Positions 46,945 to 50,736 of a DNA stretch of 50,736 bases are shown piece after piece. The position numbers and the translations under genes were made by a program. Positions within the stretch are counted from its first letter, which is position 1. Every line of letters begins with the position of its first letter. The notes below the pieces were generated by a model. The model did not search any database, was not told where the DNA came from, and worked only from the letters and a program-made list of their open reading frames with translations. Origin of the DNA: Candidatus Hadarchaeota archaeon (GTDB lineage: Archaea > Hadarchaeota > Hadarchaeia > Hadarchaeales > JAWBSP01); assembly GCA_964474885.1 (NCBI GenBank), contig CAYYWO010000007.1, positions 1 to 50,736 on the forward strand. The letters run 5' to 3'.

Positions 46945-48137
46945 GATTGCACATAGCGATTCTGGGGAGGAGGAATGTGGGGAAGTCATCAATCCTTAAC
47001 GCTATTACCCAGCAACAGGTGGCCATAGTCTCAAGTAAGCCCGGAACCACAACGGATCCCGTTGAAAAGCCCATGGAACTTCCTCCCATCGGTCCGGTTA
47101 TGTTCATCGACACAGCTGGTCTGGACGACGTGGGATCCCTGGGCAAGCTCAGGCTTGAGAAAACCCAGAAAGTCCTGGAAAGGGCAGATTTGGTCCTGCT
47201 CGTGACAGAGGCAAATGTCTGGGGGGAGTACGAGGAGAAGGTGTTGAGAGAAGTCAGGAAGAGGGGCATTCCCCTGCTGGTTCTGCTCAACAAGGTCGAC
47301 ATAGTCAAACCTTCCCCCGAAATAAGGCAGAAACTCCAGAAGGAGGGCGTACCGTTCGTGGAAACCTGTGCGGTCGGGAATGGTGGAGAAGTGGCGGCCA
47401 AGATCAAGCAGGCCATGCTGGGTCTCCTGCCGGAGGATTTCGTCAACCCGCCACCGATCATCTCAGATATCGTTAAACCCGGTGATCTCGTGACCTTCGT
47501 CATGCCGATTGATTTGGAGGCACCGAAAGGGAGACTCAAACTTCCACCCCAGCAGACCATGAGGGAGCTTCTCGATCAGCGTGAGCCAATGTGCTTGGTG
47601 GTCAACGAGAAGACCCTGAAGAAGGGCTTGGAGACCTCGAGTGTTAAGCCGAGGCTGGTGGTAACAGATACCTGTGTACTTAAAGAAGTGGTTGATCAAG
47701 TTCCCCCCGAAATTCCCGTGACAAGCTTCTCGATTCTCCTAGCGAAGGCCAAAGGAGACTTGAGGGAGTTCGTCGAGGGGATCAAGGTGTTGGACAGACT
47801 GAAACCCGGGGATAAGGTACTGATCGCTGAAGCATGCACGCACCACCCGATAGGGGATGACATGGCTAGGGTCAGAATTCCCAGACTTATAAACCAGAAG
47901 GTGGGTGGACCAGTTCAGTTTGATGTTTACTCTGGGCACGACTTCCCAGAGAATCTGGAAGAGTACAAGTTAGTGATCCACTGTGGGGCATGCATGATAA
48001 ATCGCAGGGAGCTGCTCTCGAGGATCCTCAAGTGCAGGGAGAAGGGCGTACCGATAACCAACTACAGCATGGTGGTCGCATACCTGCACGGTTGCTTGGA
48101 CAGGGTTCTCCAACCCCTCCGTCAGCAGCTGGACTAG
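46920..48137 (+). CDS. hydF: [FeFe]-hydrogenase maturase GTPase HydF
   Basis: GRRNVGKSS, GTTTDPV, DTAG, NKVD, APKGRL and the CxH...HCGAC cluster motif (EACTHH / IHCGACM). Confidence 0.96.
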   Translation: MLQAPRGLRLHIAILGRRNVGKSSILNAITQQQVAIVSSKPGTTTDPVEKPMELPPIGPVMFIDTAGLDDVGSLGKLRLEKTQKVLERADLVLLVTEANVWGEYEEKVLREVRKRGIPLLVLLNKVDIVKPSPEIRQKLQKEGVPFVETCAVGNGGEVAAKIKQAMLGLLPEDFVNPPPIISDIVKPGDLVTFVMPIDLEAPKGRLKLPPQQTMRELLDQREPMCLVVNEKTLKKGLETSSVKPRLVVTDTCVLKEVVDQVPPEIPVTSFSILLAKAKGDLREFVEGIKVLDRLKPGDKVLIAEACTHHPIGDDMARVRIPRLINQKVGGPVQFDVYSGHDFPENLEEYKLVIHCGACMINRRELLSRILKCREKGVPITNYSMVVAYLHGCLDRVLQPLRQQLD

Positions 48138-49306
48138 AGTTGTCTCAACGAGACGTCTAGCAGTTTCCGGAAGGAGGCTAAGAATTCGTCAGGCAGCCTC
48201 GTCAGACCGACCTCCACGAATCCCTTGACGATCAGGGAAGTAGCTTCCTTTTCGGTCAGCCCCCTCGACATGAGGTACTCCACCTGCTCTCGCGCTATCT
48301 TGCCTATTGCTGCTTCGTGGGTCAGCTCTGCGCCCCTCTTCTTGGCTACGAGCTCGGGGATGGCGTGCACGGAGCAATCGGGCGAGAGCAGGAGCCCCAT
48401 GCATTCTACGTGTCCCCTGCAATCCTCGCAGTCCCCAACGATGCAGCTCCTAGACCAGACCTTCGCCCTGTCCTTAGCCACGACTCTTGTCAGGACTTCT
48501 CCCCGGCTCTCTTTACCTGAGAAGATTATCCTTCCCCCTAGGTCGAAGAGGGAATCCTCCTGTGCCAAGATGAGGTTGTTGAAGGTGACACTGGATCCGT
48601 CTCCCTCGCAGAAGGCCGTGGGATACATCTGAATGCTCTTAACGGGGAGCGCGCAGATGTAGTTGCTAACGAGGGAAGCACCCTCCTCCAACCTCGCGGC
48701 GGCCCTCGGTCTCGCATCGAACCCGGCCCCCCAATAATGGATCATGGTGAAGTTGAGTTTCGCATTTTTCTTGAGGTAAAACTCAGTCACCCCCACGTGC
48801 AGCCCCCGTTGTAGTCCCCGGTAGGCGGCACAGCCCGTCACTATCGTGGCCTCGGAGTCGGGCTCCATGACTATGATGTTGTGGACGTTTTGGTTCAGAC
48901 CCTCAGTCCCTATGAAGAAGCATGCCTGAAGGGGGAGGGGGACTTTCACCCCCTCCTTCACCCTTATGAATACTCCCCTGTCCTCGTTCAGGTACGTCCA
49001 AGCAGTATACTTGTCGGTTGCGGGATTGACCAGCTTCCAATAGTACGGTGCTAGATCGTGTCTCTTCCGCGCCTCCCTCATGTCCACTATCTCCACGGAA
49101 TCCCTCAGGGCTTCCCTGATGACCCGGCGGACCACGGAGTAGTCCACCTGCAAGTAGGTACCGGCCCTGCCCTCCTCTTGGATTCTCATGGGTGCCTCTC
49201 CGGCGGGTGTGCGGGAGCTCTCCCTGCCGTATGCCTCTAGGTCTATGTCCGGGCCGAACTGGGCGGGCTTTTGAAGGGCTTTTATGACTTCCTCCTTTTC
49301 GGGCAT
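48134..49306 (-). CDS. sufB: SufB/D-family Fe-S scaffold, SmsB type
   Basis: Beta-helix SufBD domain; GHVEC.GL, A.PEL, LTHEAAIGKI and YLMSRG. Start set to the ATG at 49306. Confidence 0.9.
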   Translation of the reverse strand: MPEKEEVIKALQKPAQFGPDIDLEAYGRESSRTPAGEAPMRIQEEGRAGTYLQVDYSVVRRVIREALRDSVEIVDMREARKRHDLAPYYWKLVNPATDKYTAWTYLNEDRGVFIRVKEGVKVPLPLQACFFIGTEGLNQNVHNIIVMEPDSEATIVTGCAAYRGLQRGLHVGVTEFYLKKNAKLNFTMIHYWGAGFDARPRAAARLEEGASLVSNYICALPVKSIQMYPTAFCEGDGSSVTFNNLILAQEDSLFDLGGRIIFSGKESRGEVLTRVVAKDRAKVWSRSCIVGDCEDCRGHVECMGLLLSPDCSVHAIPELVAKKRGAELTHEAAIGKIAREQVEYLMSRGLTEKEATSLIVKGFVEVGLTRLPDEFLASFRKLLDVSLRQL

Positions 49307-49989
49307 GATCGGCACCACTGGTACCCCTTCTCCATGATGGTCGAAACGATTCGTTCGGGATCACCCGAACAAACGATTTCCCCATCCATCATGACGTGGG
49401 CGACCTTTGCACGGACGTACCTCAGGATGTAACCCAGATGGGTAACGATGAGGCAGGAGCACTTTCCGGTCAGCCTGTCGATCACCCTTCCCAGAACCCT
49501 CAGGCTCTCCACATCCACGCCCGAGTCCGGCTCGTCCAGCAGGGCTAGTTTGGGCTTCTGAGCTAGAACCTGGAGGAGCTCCGACTTCTTGAGCTCCCCT
49601 CCGGAGAAACCCAAGTTCAGCTCACGCTCTAGAAATTCAAGGGGCAATCCCACCTCCGCTAGGAGCCTCTGGGTCTCTCCACCAACCAGCTCGAGCAGCT
49701 TGCCGAATTTGACTCCTCTCAGCTCGGGCGGGTTCTGAAAGGCGACGGCCATGCCCAGCCTCGCACGCTCATGTATCGGCAGCTGGGTTATGTCCCTGCC
49801 CTCGAAGAGTATCCTCCCCCCAACAATCTTGTAGGGGGAGAAACCTAGGATCGTCTTTATCAGACTCGTCTTCCCACAGCCATTGGGCCCAAGGAGGACA
49901 TGGGTTTCCCCCTCCCCTATCTCAAGGCAGACATCCCTTAGAACGATTTTATTCTCGATTTTGACGGTCAGGTGCTCTACCTTCAGCAT
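49282..49989 (-). CDS. sufC: SufC-family ABC ATPase, SmsC type
   Basis: GPNGCGKT, FQNP, GFSGGE, LDEPDSG.D; C-terminal C...CxxC (IVCSG...WCRSC) typical of SmsC. Confidence 0.92.
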   Translation of the reverse strand: MLKVEHLTVKIENKIVLRDVCLEIGEGETHVLLGPNGCGKTSLIKTILGFSPYKIVGGRILFEGRDITQLPIHERARLGMAVAFQNPPELRGVKFGKLLELVGGETQRLLAEVGLPLEFLERELNLGFSGGELKKSELLQVLAQKPKLALLDEPDSGVDVESLRVLGRVIDRLTGKCSCLIVTHLGYILRYVRAKVAHVMMDGEIVCSGDPERIVSTIMEKGYQWCRSCPKRRKS

Positions 49990-50192
49990 TAAGGTTTGAT
50001 CATCACCTTGAGGGTATCCCCCCGGCCAGAACGGTTTGCATGGCCTTCTCGAACTCCGCGAGCGGGAAAACGTGGTGGTGAGGTCCCCTCCCTCCTGACC
50101 TCTCCCGTAGCAAGCAGCGACAGCGCCCTACCGAGGCGACGGGTGAGTTCATGCTTGTGGTGGCTCGTCTCAGCTTTCTTAACGCTTTCCAT
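49989..50192 (-). pseudogene. Frameshifted C-terminal remnant of a Zn-dependent medium-chain dehydrogenase (MDR)
   Basis: Joining frames gives RALSLLATGEVR / DLT / HVFPLAEFEKAMQTVLAG / DTLKVMIKP*, a typical MDR C-terminus. Breaks fall at or near G-runs; the stop overlaps the sufC start (TAATG). Confidence 0.65.
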
Positions 50193-50303
50193 GGTACTAT
50201 CATTTTGAGCCTTAGTTACCCATTTTAAAATCCGAAAATAAGTTCAAAAATTGTACTAAAACTACATTTACTAAACTATTTTTCGAAATTTGCCGAAACA
50301 TGG

Positions 50304-50660
50304 ATGAATGTCTTGAAGGCCCTCTGTCAGGTGGAGAGGCTGCAGCTGTTAGAGGCATTGAGCCAGGGCCCCCTGCCTCTCTCGGCCCTGAAGCAGGCAA
50401 TGGGAAAGCCGTACTCGGTGCTCCTGTACCACCTCAGGGTCCTGCAGCGAGCGGGCCTGGTCGATCTGATCAGGCTAAAGCCGAAGCTGACGGTCGCCTA
50501 CTTGAAGCGTCACGTCGAGATCCACTGGAAGTGCGGGGAGAAGCCGAAGGTCCTCACGAAGCCCCTCCCCCCGCCAGCCGAAAGCGAGCTGGTGCTGACC
50601 TACTGGCGTCTGCTGGTGAGAAGGTCAACTACCCCACCCAACGATGGGGTTTGCAGGTGA
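50304..50660 (+). CDS. ArsR-like winged-helix transcriptional regulator
   Basis: LKAL....RLQLL..L..GP, YHLRVLQRAGLV. The C-terminal STTPPNDGVCR is encoded by the mobile-element end. Confidence 0.82.
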   Translation: MNVLKALCQVERLQLLEALSQGPLPLSALKQAMGKPYSVLLYHLRVLQRAGLVDLIRLKPKLTVAYLKRHVEIHWKCGEKPKVLTKPLPPPAESELVLTYWRLLVRRSTTPPNDGVCR

Positions 50661-50736
50661 TCATGGTGCTCGAAACTCATCGCACTCAAACCCGCATGAG
50701 GCCGGTTGACGGGGCGGCCCGTGGCGGGAGAGCCAG
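50624..50736 (+). mobile_element. Second copy of the IS200/IS605-type (HEARO/omegaRNA-like) terminus, running off the right window edge
   Basis: GTCAACTACCCCACCC is identical to the left copy; hairpin CCCCACC-caac-GATGGGG; TTGCAGGT; GTTGAC at 50705-50710; the last 55 bp are identical to the left copy. Confidence 0.72.
50682..50736. repeat. 55-bp perfect inverted repeat of positions 1-55
   Basis: Direct comparison of both ends. Confidence 0.98.

Noticed and set aside
1-50736. Linear plasmid, virus or Borg-like replicon with terminal inverted repeats
   Set aside because: Content is core chromosomal housekeeping genes. The perfect repeat is exactly 55 bp (k-mer-like) and continues inward as a degenerate IS-type end.
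50663-50736. Short open frames at both ends (MVLETHRTQTRMRPVDGAARGGRA and MPGGTQTRMRPVDGAARGGRA, ATG at 65 on the minus strand) suggesting N-terminal swapping by inversion
   Set aside because: Both lie inside the structured element end and are too short to judge; the RNA/ssDNA structure explains the conservation better.
1-50736. CRISPR array, rRNA, SRP RNA or RNase P RNA
   Set aside because: No regularly spaced repeats or cas genes, and no conserved rRNA, SRP or RNase P motifs seen by eye in the intergenic gaps.

Overview
Gene-dense archaeal chromosomal segment, most likely a whole assembled contig. Archaeal markers include PolD DP1/DP2, Cdc6/Orc1, MCM, GINS, PCNA, Rpo11, Csl4, TFS, GatE, Nre, an RPA14-like protein and three intron-less, CCA-less tRNAs. 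The lineage looks euryarchaeal-type but cannot be fixed from this sequence alone. Two things stand out. (1) At 40.7-48.1 kb lies a complete, translationally coupled, bacterial-type [FeFe]-hydrogenase operon (hydG-orf95-hydC-hydB-hydA-hydE-hydF) with all three H-cluster maturases. Its short HydB carries the residue signature of non-bifurcating, NADH-dependent enzymes, and the operon abuts a convergent SmsCB Fe-S assembly pair. (2) Both window ends are the hairpin-bearing terminus (GTCAACTACCCC...GG.TTG...GTTGAC) of a multicopy IS200/IS605-type element of the HEARO/omegaRNA kind. Each copy is inserted in the same codon phase at the extreme 3' end of a host gene, so both proteins gain an element-encoded 'STTPP' tail. 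Other items: a replisome superoperon with a candidate origin upstream, an ADP-ribosylhydrolase fused to a degenerate HNH-like Zn finger, and a frameshifted dehydrogenase remnant coupled to smsC. All calls come from motif recognition by eye; no database searches were run.
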